Shown piece by piece: positions 37,811 to 49,585 of a stretch of 64,000 nucleotides of DNA. This DNA is from Vicugna vicugna (taxonomy: Eukaryota), in the NCBI GenBank assembly GCA_013265495.1, contig MU058065.1:1201527-1265526 (forward strand). The letters are read 5' to 3'. The number at the start of each line of letters is the position of its first letter. Within the stretch, counting starts at the first letter, position 1. The notes beneath the pieces are model-generated. The model did not search any database. It saw only the letters and a program-made list of their open reading frames with translations, and was not told the origin of the DNA. The translations under genes and the position numbers were made by a program.

Positions 37811-39534
37811 CAAAAGGTTAACTCAATACCCTGTTTTCTCTTCTTTTATGCATTTTTGTTATATGTTACTATCTTTATAGCATATTTACTCATTTATTGT
37901 CTTTCCTGTTGCAATAAAATTCTAGGAGAGCAGGAAACTTGATTTTCTTTTTTTTTTTTTAATTTCCACCCTAAGTATTCAGAAAGTTTTATGGCAAAGA
38001 GAAATCCCTCAATAAATGTTTGTTAAATAACATAGTTGTTCCCGTCTAGAGGCATTTCAGTGTGTTTTCAGACTCCTTCAGTCTCAGTCTTGTTTCTAAC
38101 CAATGAGTCAAGCTCTGTTCTGACTGAAGGTGTTTTTCAGGCATCAGTGGAGAAGGTGCTGAAGGGTGTTGTGGGTCTGCGTGGACAGGTGGCCCCAGTT
38201 CTGTGTCTACATGAGTCCACCTGAGATCACTGAGAAACAGCCTTCTTCCAAATGATTTTCCCAACTGAACCACAATGTTTTCTGAAATTCTGTTCTTTTC
38301 TTTGCTTAAACTCTGCTTTCCCAAAGGGTTACCAAAGACCCACTCTGAGGAACTCGTGTTCACAAACAGATGGATCCTGGCTTTTGGGGTATCACCTAGC
38401 TGAATATTTTTTCTCTGTGTAAGTAGGTCTCTGACAAGAAAAGTAAAATTGTGTTTGTAAATCTCTAACTATTTTGGCCATGCTTATGGATGTACCCAGA
38501 CAGTGACACAAAAATGACAGAAGTGAAACACGGAGAAGACTCAGTTTATCGATTTGAAAACTTCATATTTTTCATTAATTTCTTCAAATTTTAATTTTTT
38601 CTCATTTCTCATATTTGAGGGAAATGAATGTGTAATAGAATTGCAAATAATAAAAGGATATTCAGAAAGCCCTCCCTTGGGGGAAAAATTAAGAAAAAGG
38701 TTAAGAATTAAAGAAATCTACTTTCCAAGTTTAAGTCACATTTAACCTAAAGTTAATAGATTAGCAGTAATATTTGAAGAAAGTACAGGGAACCAGCCCA
38801 ACCGCACACAAGCACTGGAGTTAAGGAAATGAGAACTGATTTTGGAAGTGAAAAAATGCTGAATGACATAAACACTCGACAACTTCCTTGCCCACAGGCT
38901 ACATTCAACAGGTGCCCAATAAATATTACTTATCGAAAAAATGACTGTGCAGAATAGGGAAAATGGACTATTTCTAATTTCTTCTTTGCTTCATTTTATC
39001 ATTATTATTACTATTGTTATTATATTTTCAATGGCTGTCAAGCATGGTTGTAAGTAGTACGGGCAAAAAATAAATAATTAATTGAAACAAACTTTTTTGC
39101 ATGAGTACTCCTTGGGCATCTAGTGAGGAGGTTTTGAGACAGGGAGAGAAAAGAACATAAAAGCAAATGAGGAAAGCATCACATCCCATTTATTTTATAG
39201 TTTAGACGCTGGATAGTCTAGACACCTCTACTAAATTTTCACTTATATGCTGATGTTTGGATGAGTCATTTAATAAAGTAGGTTTTTACTCTCTGATAAT
39301 AAAATAAGCGATATAAATTACCTTGCCTGCACAAACAAAATACAACCATATCAAAATTATAGGGATATTATTATAAGAAAGCCGCATTAAACTAAACCAT
39401 GTGACATAAAATAGATCTAAAAAGTACAATTTTTCCAATGGTTTTATTTTAGAAATAGAGTATGAGGCCAGAAAATTCTGTGATTTGTGCAAATTCCAAC
39501 AGTGATAAGTTTGAGGTCAGAATCTAACATTCTG

Positions 39535-40273
39535 GTGTAGTTATTATTGAAAACAGCATGGAGTTTTCTCAAAAATTAAAATTAGAGCTATCACATGATC
39601 CAGCAATCCCACTTCTGGTGTTTATCTAAAGGATATAAAATCAGTACCTGGAAGAGACATCTGCACTTTCATGTTCATATTCACAATTGCCACCTAAGGT
39701 TTCACTGAGGGATGAATGGATAAAAATTAAAATGTGATTAAAAAAAAAAGAAGGAAATCTTGTCATTTGCAACAACTTGGGTGAACCTAGAGAACATTAT
39801 ACTAAGTGAAACAAGCCAGACACAGAAAGGCAGATACTGTATGATGTCACTTAGATGTGGAATTTAAAAAACTCAAACTCACAGAAGCAGAAGGTACCAG
39901 GGGCTGAGGAGAGGGAGAAATGGGGGGATGTTGGTCAAAGGGTACAAACTTTCAGTTATAAGATGAATAAGTTCTAGGGATCTAAGGGATCCAATGTACA
40001 ACATGGTGACTATAGCTAATAATACTGTATTGTATACTTGAGACTAGATCTTAAGTGTTTTCACCACACACACACACACACACAAGTAACTATGCGAGGT
40101 GATGGATCTGTAAATTAAGTTTACTGTGGGAATCATTCCATAGCGCATATGCACATTAAATCATTACATTTGCACCTGAAAAAAATCCCATTGTACAACC
40201 TGAAAATGTACAATTTTAAGTGTCCATCATACATCCATAAGCTGGAAAAAACAATTCAAAAATTAATTAAAAT
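39535..40273 (+). mobile_element. L1MA-type (L1MA9/10-like) 3' end with internal (CA)n
   Basis: ctcaaaaattaaaattagagctatcacatgatccagcaatcccacttctgg...gatgttggtcaaagggtacaaactttcagttataagatgaataagttct. TSD aatctaacattctg (39521-39534) / aatctaatatcctg (40274-40287). Confidence 0.9.
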
Positions 40274-41340
40274 AATCTAATATCCTGACTCCCAGTTTGA
40301 TGCTCTTTTCCCTAAAGAGAAAACCTAGATGGACAGACTCTGGAGTAAATGTGACCAAACTTCTGGTTTTCCATCTAGGAAATAATATTTTGTGCTCAGG
40401 TGTGTTCCTGCCTTCATTCACCTGGGAAATCATGTAGTGAACAACTCACTGCAAGGTGCAAGTAACTTATACGAGGGGAAATAAATTTTGTGAAACTCAT
40501 TCCTTGAATTCCTGCTTATGGACATAGTATAATAAATTTTTTAACTCTTTCTGACCCTATTAAAAACAATAGTCAGAAGAAAAAGAAGAGTCATAAGAAT
40601 ATCAAACTGTATCTTGAAGAGATCTAATTTTAGTAAACTCTTGAATGCAATGTGCAAATATTATCTATAAACACACATATGGATATATATAAGATATATC
40701 CATATATGTGCATGTATATATGTGTATACATCTATCTATAAATTGTATATATACATGTGTTTGCAAAGTTCTTAAATGAAATCGATGTACCCCCATAATT
40801 TTAAATTTTACCTGTTTGAATATTACTGTACAATTATACTAGGATATAGGATTTGCCATAAATTGGTCTTTAGTTGATGCTCTAAATTTCAGTTTTTAAA
40901 ATAGAATTGGAAAAATAGGGAAAATAATCTAGTATGGCTGTGTCATTAGAAGAAATGTGGTAAAGGTCCAGTGTGATTACAATTAAATTTTAGTGACATG
41001 TTCATTTTGAATGGAGACCCATCTCAATTAAAATATTTCGAGTATTATTTATAATAATTATATTTTCTTTCCGGGTTAAGAGAAAACACACTCATGGAGA
41101 GATGCTAAGGAAGCAAAACCCAACCCAAGGCACTAAATGCACACAACGTAGTTTAATCTGGGTCCTTAGCAAAATGTCAAATCCTCTTTAGCATTTTTTT
41201 AAGGAACTAGATGTGGAATTATCAACAATCATCTAAAAAGGTCACTTAAACCTACTTACAGCATCTTGAGTTTGTCTGTTTTCCAACCATTTCAACTAGC
41301 TGTGTATTTTAAAGGAAATATTACACTGTAAGGAATGCTG

Positions 41341-41693
41341 TTTTTTTTTTTAATTGAAGTATAGCCAGTTTTACAATGTTGTGGTAATTTCTGGTATACA
41401 GTTTAGTGATTCATTTATACAGGTATATTCCTTTTTCATATTCTTTTTCATTATAGGCCATTATAAGATATTGAATATAGTTCCCTGTGCTGTACAGTAG
41501 GACTTTGTTTTTTGTCTACTTTATATAATGGTAGTTAGTATCTGCAAATCCTGAACTCCCAATTTATCCCTCCCACGCCCTTCCCTCCCAGTAACCATAA
41601 GTTTATTTCTATGTCTATGAGTCTGTCTCTATTTTGTAAAGAAGTTTTTTCATATCCCTTTTTTTTTACGATTACACATATAAGTGATACCAA
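41341..41693 (-). mobile_element. 5'-truncated L1 3' end (same type as 14471-14904)
   Basis: Poly-T, then aattgaagtatag...atatagttccctgtgctgtacagtaggac...taaccataagttt. TSD gaatgctgt (41333-41341 / 41694-41702). Confidence 0.92.
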
Positions 41694-42372
41694 GAATGCT
41701 GTGTGTTAAATCCAGTATAAACTACAATATTCTCTTTATACTCAGGTCTTAAAACTGAAATTGGTAACAAATAATCATATGCAGCCAATAACTTACACAA
41801 CCTAAACTTGGTGGAGAGATGTTTGCATATGTGTATTTATATAAATGTACACAAAATATTATACTCATACAAAATATTTTTGTATATATGTATATACATT
41901 TTATATCTCCTGAAATCATTTATGTCTTTTTAGATAAGCAAACTTAGATGCAATCAATGCAATCATTTGATTCTCAAAATTTAGTTGATTCTTCTCCCAT
42001 GTTTTCACTCCAAGTCACTTTGGAAGACACACTTTTCACATTGTTAAAAATGTGGTGGTTTTGGATAATAATGGGGCAATTCCATGAGAATATAGTCACA
42101 GGGTCGACTATTTTTGTTATAGACTCTATCTTGATATATGAACTAGAATTTTTGCTTGTGACAAAACACCAACTTTAATTGATTTGGGGAAAAAAAGGGG
42201 GGGAGAGTTACTGGGAAAACACTGTGGTCTACTCCACCATGACAGAGGGCAGGAATAGTCAATGGTGAGAAGGCTGGGGACAGACATGCATCAGACACAG
42301 CCAGACATAGGGCTCAAATGCCAAAAGGAGAGCTGAGTCTCTCTGTCTCTGTCTCTTTCTTTCTACTGCATC

Positions 42373-42697
42373 TTTTTTTTTTAATTGAAGTACAATATGT
42401 CAATTTGTGGTGTGCAGCACAATGTACCAGTCATGCATATACATACATACATATATTTGTTTTCATATTCTTTTTCACTAAAGGTTATTACAAGACATTG
42501 ACTATAGTTCCCTGTGCTATACAGAAGAAAAATTTTAAATCTTTTTTTATATATAGCGACCAACATTTGCACATCTCAAACTTCCAAATTTATCCCTTCC
42601 CACCCCTTTTCCCCAGTAACCATAAGATTGTTTACTGTGTCTGTTTTTGTTTTGTAGATGAGTTCATTAGTATCCTCTTTTTTCTTCTTTTTTTTTC
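42373..42697 (-). mobile_element. 5'-truncated L1 3' end inserted into an older LTR
   Basis: Poly-T, aattgaagtaca...tatagttccctgtgctatacag...aatttatcccttcccacc...tgtagatgagttcattag. TSD-like ctactgcatctt / ctgctacatctt. Confidence 0.9.
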
Positions 42698-42699
42698 CT

Positions 42700-43062
42700 G
42701 CTACATCTTGCCTTGCGTTTCTTCCACTATAGTCTTGATTTCTCCACATAGCAGGAGACACAGCTGCCAACATCTCCCAAGACCCATAGCTCACAGTCCT
42801 CATCACTGAAGAGAATTATCCATTTTTAAAATACCAAGGAGGAGACAGGGGAAGCAGAGGACATATCTGTTCCCTTTAAGGGCATGACCTGAAAGATGCA
42901 CGAATCACTTCTCACATCCCACAAGTCAGAATTTAGATTCATGGCCAAACTTAGCTGGAAGGAAGAATAGAAAACACGTTTTAACCAGGAAAGCCATGTA
43001 TCCACATGTATTTTCAGGACTCTATTAAAGGAAGAAAAGTGACATGCATATTAGAGGACAAC
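42700..43062 (-). mobile_element. MLT1 (J/K-like) MaLR LTR fragments
   Basis: aagggcatgacctgaaagatgcacgaatcacttctcacatcccac...agaatttagattcatggccaaacttagctggaagg. Confidence 0.65.
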
Positions 43063-44509
43063 TCACACTGAACAGTTATGACAATGAAGACGTGATAAGA
43101 ATAATTCAAGCATTGTTTGATCAGTACAACTGGAGTAGAATCAGAGATGAGCCCCAAATGTGGTTTCCTGAAAAACGCAGGAGATTTTTGAAGACATCCC
43201 AAAAAATTACCTTTGTTACTGCAAATAAGGCTTTTTCTTTTAAATTATTTCTCGTAACATGTTTAGTTAACTGATTAAAATTAAGGCCAAGCTAGTTTAG
43301 TTTTGGTTTCCATCACTGGGGTTATGGTAGTTTTGTTGAAAAGGTTAATGAGTATGTTTGTGAGGGAAACCTACAACTTGTTTGTTTTCAGAAAGAATAT
43401 TGTTTCTTTGATAATAACACCTGAATTTCTAAAAAGCTTCTTATTAAGGGATGAAAAATAATGTGCTGAATCCTGCCAGGTGAGTAACTGGGTGAGAAGT
43501 AGGACTTTAGAAATATAGAGTAATTTTCTCCAACAAATAGTAAATCGCACGCCAGTGGGGCCGCACTGTTTGTTCTAAGCACCTATTTCAGACCCGAAAG
43601 CAGCTGAGATGCTCTTCAGAACCTGACCCCCTGCACTTCTAAATTGCTCCCCTCATTCCTTACAAAAAGCAGAAACCGTCAAACCTCTACCAGGGACCCA
43701 AAGCAGAGACGCCCCCCCAAATGCCCGTCAGCCTAGGAGCATCCCAGATGTTGTGTCTGAAATCTCTAATGGAGGTGTTTCTATCATGTCCACTTAAATG
43801 TCTTTTGCATTTTAAATCTGATGCGTAATTCTGTGTATCACCCACTGCCAAAAGAGCTATTGTGTATTTTAACTGGGCGAGGATGGCTGCCACCTAGCTA
43901 AATTGGAAGCTTGGGTATTTTTAGTGCTTGGTGAAAGGACTTACATAAAGAGCGCCTCTATTCACCCTATTGGGATCCTCTTATGTAAAAGGCCTGGCAC
44001 AAGTGTAAGGTATTATTATGACTATAAAAGCTGCTCACTCTGTAATCATAGGAGAGGCAGCATTATGGAGAAATACCATGCAGTTGCATGGCAACTGAAT
44101 CCTCGTGGAGTCCGTTACCACGCAGAGGAGTTATTGTGAGTGCTTCACAGCAACCCAACCAGGACAGCACCCAGACCACAAGCAGGTGAACACCCACCTG
44201 TTGCCTAAGGACCTTTCCACCACCATCCTGGTAATTGGATGGAATTCAAGTTGAGGATGTGGTTTTTACTTCCCTGGGCACCTGAATACCAGGGAAGGGT
44301 GTTTTGTTTGACAAATTTCAAGCACGTTTTTTCCATTGTGAGAGAATGTAAAAGCACACACGTCATCAAGTGTCAGCAACAATGGGGAATCCACAGCCAC
44401 GGCTCTGCCAGTTATAGAACGATGCATAGACTTTACTAACCTCTAAAATGAGTGTAATATCTCAAGGTCTTGTTAAAAAAACAAAAACATAGTTACTTTT
44501 CTTTGGGTA

Positions 44510-45037
44510 AATGTGATGCTTTGCTGCCAACATCCCTTTTCTCTTTTTGCAATCAATAAAATTGGATCTTCTTCTAAGAAACGATTCTTTGCTCACTCTG
44601 GTCCATGTGGTTCAGAGGGGGCTGAATCCAACCTGCTCCCGGGATAAGCAGGTGACACAGAACCAGCCAACTGGCATATTCTATTTCCCCGATGTTGGCT
44701 CAGGGTTGGGCACATGACAAAGCCAGGACAACGAGACTCATTCTGGGGCTTCTTTTGGAAATCCTGGGCTGTCTTACTGCTGGGGGTGCCCCCATCATGG
44801 TTGGTGGTTGCTTTGCTTCCTGCGGACAGAACTTCCTCAGAGACGAGCCAGCACCAATGGGTGCAGAGCCAAGAGACACAGGACACAGACTGCCAACTGC
44901 ATCATTTGAATACTTGGGTCCAGCTGGAGCAAATATTCTATCCCCAAAACATTGTCCATACACAATTTTTGTGTATTTTGAAGTTAAATTTAAAGTAGTC
45001 CAAATTAGGTTTCCACCACTTGGAACAAGAAGGTTCA
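44510..45037 (+). mobile_element. Ancient MaLR/ERVL LTR (MLT1K/L-like)
   Basis: gtccatgtggttcagagggggctga...ttggctcagggttgggcacatgacaaagccagg...atcatttgaatacttgggtccagct...cacttggaacaagaagg. Confidence 0.65.
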
Positions 45038-45285
45038 TGGGCTGTGGAATTTATGTCTGCTCTCTGCCAGTGATGAGCTGTGTGACCCGGGGCAAGTTAT
45101 ATACCTTGTCCGAGTTCTAGTTTCTTGGTTTTTAAAATAAATACCTTAATTCTCTGTTTTTAAAATGGGCATAATGATGGTTCCTTAATTCATAGTTTTG
45201 GTAGTGTTAAATGAGGCAGTGCCTGTGGAGAACGTATCCAAATGTCTAGAATAAAATATGAGCTCATTAAACGGTATTTATTATC
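45038..45285 (+). mobile_element. MIR SINE
   Basis: ctctgccagtgatgagctgtgtgacccggggcaagttat...taaaatgggcataatgatgg...agctcattaaacggta. Confidence 0.75.
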
Positions 45286-45768
45286 TGTTAGAGACTTGCA
45301 GAGGTCTCTATCTGAAATGATTGGGGTTCTCAGGGATACACAACCATGACTCCTTCAGAGATAGCCAATCACTCAGTCTACTCTCCTAGGCCACTAGTTG
45401 AGATTCACTTAACAATTCAAGGGACCTATAGATTTCCATCTTTGTTCTATGACTGGGGTAATTCTCCCCCCTCCCCATCTTGTTCCCTGAAAGCACACAT
45501 CTCTCTCTTCTTCGCTCTGAGAAAACTGGCATAAAAAGCTTGGGTCTTCAAAGCCACCCAGGGAAGTCCTCGGCATAAAAGCATTTTGCTCTGCCATGCA
45601 GTTTCCCTGGAGAAATAAAACACCAGGTACTGGGATACATTCTTGGAAAGGGCAAATGAGATAAGAGGAAAAAGGAAAGAAAGTACAAAGCACAAATTAA
45701 TGTCTCAGTATATTGTCCCTGCCAAACAGCTAATATTCATCGAGTTGTCACAATAGCCATCAAGGTAA

Positions 45769-46297
45769 CTGGAGGTCCCCAGACTTTCTCAGTTCATTGA
45801 GCTCTTAATAGCTTTTTCACAGCACCTAAAAGCCAAAAGAAATACCTAACAATTCCATTTATTATATCTAAATAACTATTTCTATTGTAACACCTTAGTA
45901 GTAATTTGAAACAAATGATACACATACATTGAACAAAAATATTTTTATTTAATTTTAAAATATCCATAATTATTTACTAAAGTGTCTTGTGCAACTATTG
46001 GGTATCACACAATTCTTAAAACTTAAAACCAGTTTGGACACCAACACCCTTATTTTCCATTCCATATGGATTTTTGCATATGAGACTTGCCTCCTGCCAC
46101 AATCGCCACAAACCCCCGCTTCCCAAAGAAGTGACACTATCGAAAAGAATACAGTGCAATGCATGTTGAAGTGCAATGCATGCATGAACTATGAAGCCAG
46201 GGGTTCATATGATGTCTATTCTCCTTTGAAAATTCAAAATCTCTCCTATGAGTTGTGGCAGCACTTATGGCCCCTCGGTGCAAGTTTGGGGAAACAA
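45769..46297. mobile_element. hAT-Charlie non-autonomous DNA transposon (MER119/Charlie4-like)
   Basis: ggtccccagactttctcagttca...gccaaaagaaatacctaacaattcc...ggacaccaacacccttattttcc...gcaagtttggggaaac; TIR-like ends. Subfamily uncertain. Confidence 0.7.
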
Positions 46298-46406
46298 GAT
46301 GCCAAACTTCTAAATATTTTCTCATAGTATTCCTCTCGTAAATATTTCCTGTACAGCAATCTTATGAGCACAGGGACTTTATCAGCTTTTAAAGATGAAG
46401 AAGCCA

Positions 46407-46549
46407 AGGGGTGGTGGGAATAGCTCAGTGGTAAAGTGCATGATTAGTATGCACAAGATTCTGGGTTCAATCCCCAGTACCTCCATCAAAACGAATAAAT
46501 AAATAAACCTAATTACCTCCCCTGCAAAAATATTTTTTTAATTTTTTAA
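46407..46549 (+). mobile_element. Camelid Vic-1-type tRNA-derived SINE
   Basis: A box tagctcagtgg (46421-46431), B box ggttcaatccc (46464-46474), tail aataaataaataaacctaattacctcccc. 16-bp TSD aaagatgaagaagcca (46391-46406) / aaagatgaagaaacca (46550-46565) at a TTTT/AAA site. Confidence 0.88.
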
Positions 46550-46699
46550 AAAGATGAAGAAACCAGATTTTTAGGTTTAAAGTTTCAGCAAAACAGAGGA
46601 AGATGAGGAATTGAATCAGGGATCCCCAATCTACCTCTACTCTCCAGTGATTAAATTAGGAAAACACGTATTTATGGCTTATGTTATTTTGTTAATTTC

Positions 46700-47150
46700 A
46701 TTTCTTAATTTATTGAATCATACACAGAATAGTTAATGAACACTAACGCTGTGCTCACTGCTGAGTTTGGGGCTGGGAATCCAGACAGAGACTGACCTCA
46801 GAAACCTGATGGAGACATAGAAGGACAATAAAGGGGGCCTTTTTAAAAGGGGCCATCATGGAGTGATCTTAGGGTGCAATGTGGGACACAAGACCCCATA
46901 GGATGATCATAAAAACCACACAGAGTTTTTATACAAGAGAAGAAAGTTAGATGATGAAAACGTAGCATCGTGTTGACTGTTCCTAAAATGTCATCTCCAG
47001 CAGAAGCAGTAATGTACACAAAAGAACAAAACTACGAGAGACCCCAGCCTCTCTGGGGAAGAGAGCAGCACAGGGAGTTAGAGAAGCAAGAACAGTGAGG
47101 CATGTCTAGATATGAGGTTGAAGGAGGGGGGGGGTCAGCTTATCAGCACT
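46700..47150 (-). mobile_element. L2 fragment (degraded)
   Basis: atttattgaatc...aatgaacactaacgctgtgctcactgctgagtttggggctgggaatccagac. Confidence 0.5.
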
Positions 47151-47979
47151 TTCTGGGAATGCACCCAGTAATTAATTCAGTGTTTCCCAGTGAGTGACAT
47201 TGATGCTGGAAAGATACCTTTTAATAAAAGGATCCTGTGACTGTTGGAGATCCCCTCTTGGAATTTCAAAATGGACATAAGCACTATAAAAGCTCTGAGA
47301 ATCTGCTGATTAAAAGAACAAACAAACAAAAAAGATTCTGGTTAATGGCATGTTTATAGTCTTTAGATATTCTGCTCTCTAAGAGCCACAGCTGTCAGCA
47401 ATAAGAGCTCTAATTCTCACTCACCTTTAGTGATAACCTTTCCTTAGACAATTTCAGATCAATCTCATTTTCTTTAGGAGAAAATACACGTGCTAACTTT
47501 GCTTCCTAAGTCTCCTTTTTGGGAACTTGGAGAGAGGTGATGGGTAGACGTAAGGGCTGTGCTTTTAATCCAGGTGACTCATGTCCATGCCTTATAGACC
47601 AGGGTTGCAAATAGCTGCCAGAAAAGGGAGGTATGACAAGTGGCTTGCAGTCTGAGCATCTCTGACCGAGTGTACTGAAGAGAAGCCCACTTGACTTCAG
47701 TCACACATTCTACTGAAGAAGCAGAGCCCTGTAGACACGGTGGAGCTTGAATAAATATGTGTACCAAAATCACCTTCAAGGGGAAAGCAAGGTTGTCTCC
47801 ACTCAAGGGTAGAATTGGCCCTGTTACAATTTAAACATACCATAAAAAAGCTTAATGATGCATTTTCACAAGCCTTGCCCATCAAAATCCCCAAGTGCCT
47901 GATCTTACAAGTACAGTGCTAATGGATCAGAGTTTGGAGAGAGATTTATTACCAAATTAATGGGGGAAATGGTCATCTA

Positions 47980-48205
47980 CCAATAGTGGTTATAATATAT
48001 TGAGCATTTATAATGTGCCAAGACCTGTGTAAAATATATTATGTGTATTTGCTGAAATCACAAACAATGCCGAAAAGTGGCCATAAGCAATCCCAACTTT
48101 ACGGACGAGAAACTCAGTCGTAAAGCATCACACCATTATGTGAATGGGAGAAGCAGAATGGGAATAAAAATATAAACAAGCTTAAATCCATGGTTTTAAC
48201 CACTT
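47980..48205 (-). mobile_element. MIR SINE
   Basis: atatattgagcatttataatgtgccaagacctgtg...cccaactttacggacgagaaactcag...ttttaaccact. Confidence 0.7.
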
Positions 48206-48933
48206 TTTTTCTTTTTTAAAACAGACATTCAACGGTTTAACAATAAAACCGTTTCCGACAACGTTCGTACTTTGCTTTGTGACATGATACCAAAAGACTC
48301 CTGCTTTTAGACCCAGGAACCTCTGCTTTTAGAAGCCACATTTCAACCATCCTGTGTCCCTGGCTCGATTGCCAGCACACTTGGAGAGAAGGGAGATGGA
48401 CCGATCCTTCTCACATTGCTTCCTGACAACCTTGGGATCTGATCCAGCAATGGTGGTTGTGATTGGGAGCCCTGCACATCAATGATCCCTTCCGTAGAGG
48501 TTTTAGACACCTGGCTTTACTGAAATGCTTTACTCAAATTGTGTATGAAAGGTCCTTGACCTGCTCTGGGTGGTGGAGTACAGTTAGCAAGCAGTTCTAA
48601 ACTGTATCCTTTATCAGTCAGATTCTTCTTATCATAAGTGAATTTAGAGATTTTTTTAAAGGAAAAGAAACAAAACCACCAAGAGAAAAGCATATATTTT
48701 AAAGTTTTGGTTACTATTTTGGGGAGAGCATTAGAAAAAAATATCGATTTTAAAAGTCACTTCAGGTATTGTTTGTGTGTCAGTACAATTCTGAAACCGT
48801 CACAACCATGGCAAAGACTTGGAGTACTGATTTACTTTAAAATTAAAAGGAAAAAAAAATTTAAGTCTTTATCAAACCACTCAACAGCAGGGCTATGGTT
48901 GATGGTCTATCAGTGTATTCATTAGCCTTTTCC

Positions 48934-48954
48934 CCCAGCACCATGGACAGCCAC
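48934..48954 (+). promoter_or_regulatory. RE1/NRSE (REST/NRSF binding site)
   Basis: CCCAGCACCATGGACAGCCAC versus consensus TTCAGCACCnnGGACAGCGCC. Core CAGCACC-AT-GGACAGC is intact with the canonical 2-nt spacer. Confidence 0.75.
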
Positions 48955-49239
48955 ATTCCTCCTAATTAAGCTAAAACAACACTCCAGGGAATCTGTAGTG
49001 TACAATAAAATCCTCCCCCCAAAGCAGAAAATACAGAAGCACCAAACTACCAGGAGAAGGATGGCATGGCTAATTATTGTAAATATCGAGATTTAAAACA
49101 TGAAGCAGTTATAAGCCAGTCATAAACAAATACAATTGTATTTAATAATTAAACACGGCTTTCTTGGATCTGAACGGTCTCTACTTGTCATATAACAGGT
49201 TACTTTTCAGCACTCAGTCACCCCTCACACTTCCTCAAA

Positions 49240-49585
49240 GTGGGGCACTTCCCCGTCTCAAAGGCTTTGGGTTTGGCCGTGTCACCAACTTTGACCTTTG
49301 GACAGGGAGCAGATGTGATGCAGGCAGAAACTTTTAATGTGCACCTGGGGATTAGTTTGTCTTCGTGTAATCGTAGGATGGGTATGGGAAGAACATATCT
49401 CAGGGAGCCACTGTCTCTTCCCACATGGGGCAGAAGCAGTCCAAACAAATCGCAGCGGATGTGCAGCCTCCTGAAACAGCACCTTTCGAGGTGACCCAAA
49501 GACTCATGTGCAAAAAAAACAGATGCACAAACAATGTTGTTGCGTTAGGTGTGGCTTGTTAGCCAGAATTATTGTAGCCTAACAT
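49240..49585 (+). mobile_element. MLT1I-like MaLR LTR
   Basis: gagcagatgtgatgcaggcagaaacttttaatgtgc...gaagaacatatctcagggagccactg...gcttgttagccagaattattgtagc. Confidence 0.65.

Noticed and set aside
40670..40760. 12-bp inverted repeat atatggatatat/atatatccatat
   Set aside because: Embedded in degenerate (TA/CA) simple repeat, where such symmetry is expected.
42318..42809. 163-aa ORF
   Set aside because: Read through the antisense strand of an L1 3' UTR and LTR fragments.
44145..44171. Second possible RE1 (GGACAGCACC at 44162-44171)
   Set aside because: Right half-site only; the left half is degenerate with non-canonical spacing.
44593..45120. Cluster of four overlapping ORFs
   Set aside because: All lie within an old, GC-richer LTR remnant.
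46410..46485. tRNA-like sequence
   Set aside because: Has A/B boxes but is followed by a SINE tail and flanked by a TSD, so it is a tRNA-derived SINE and not a tRNA gene.
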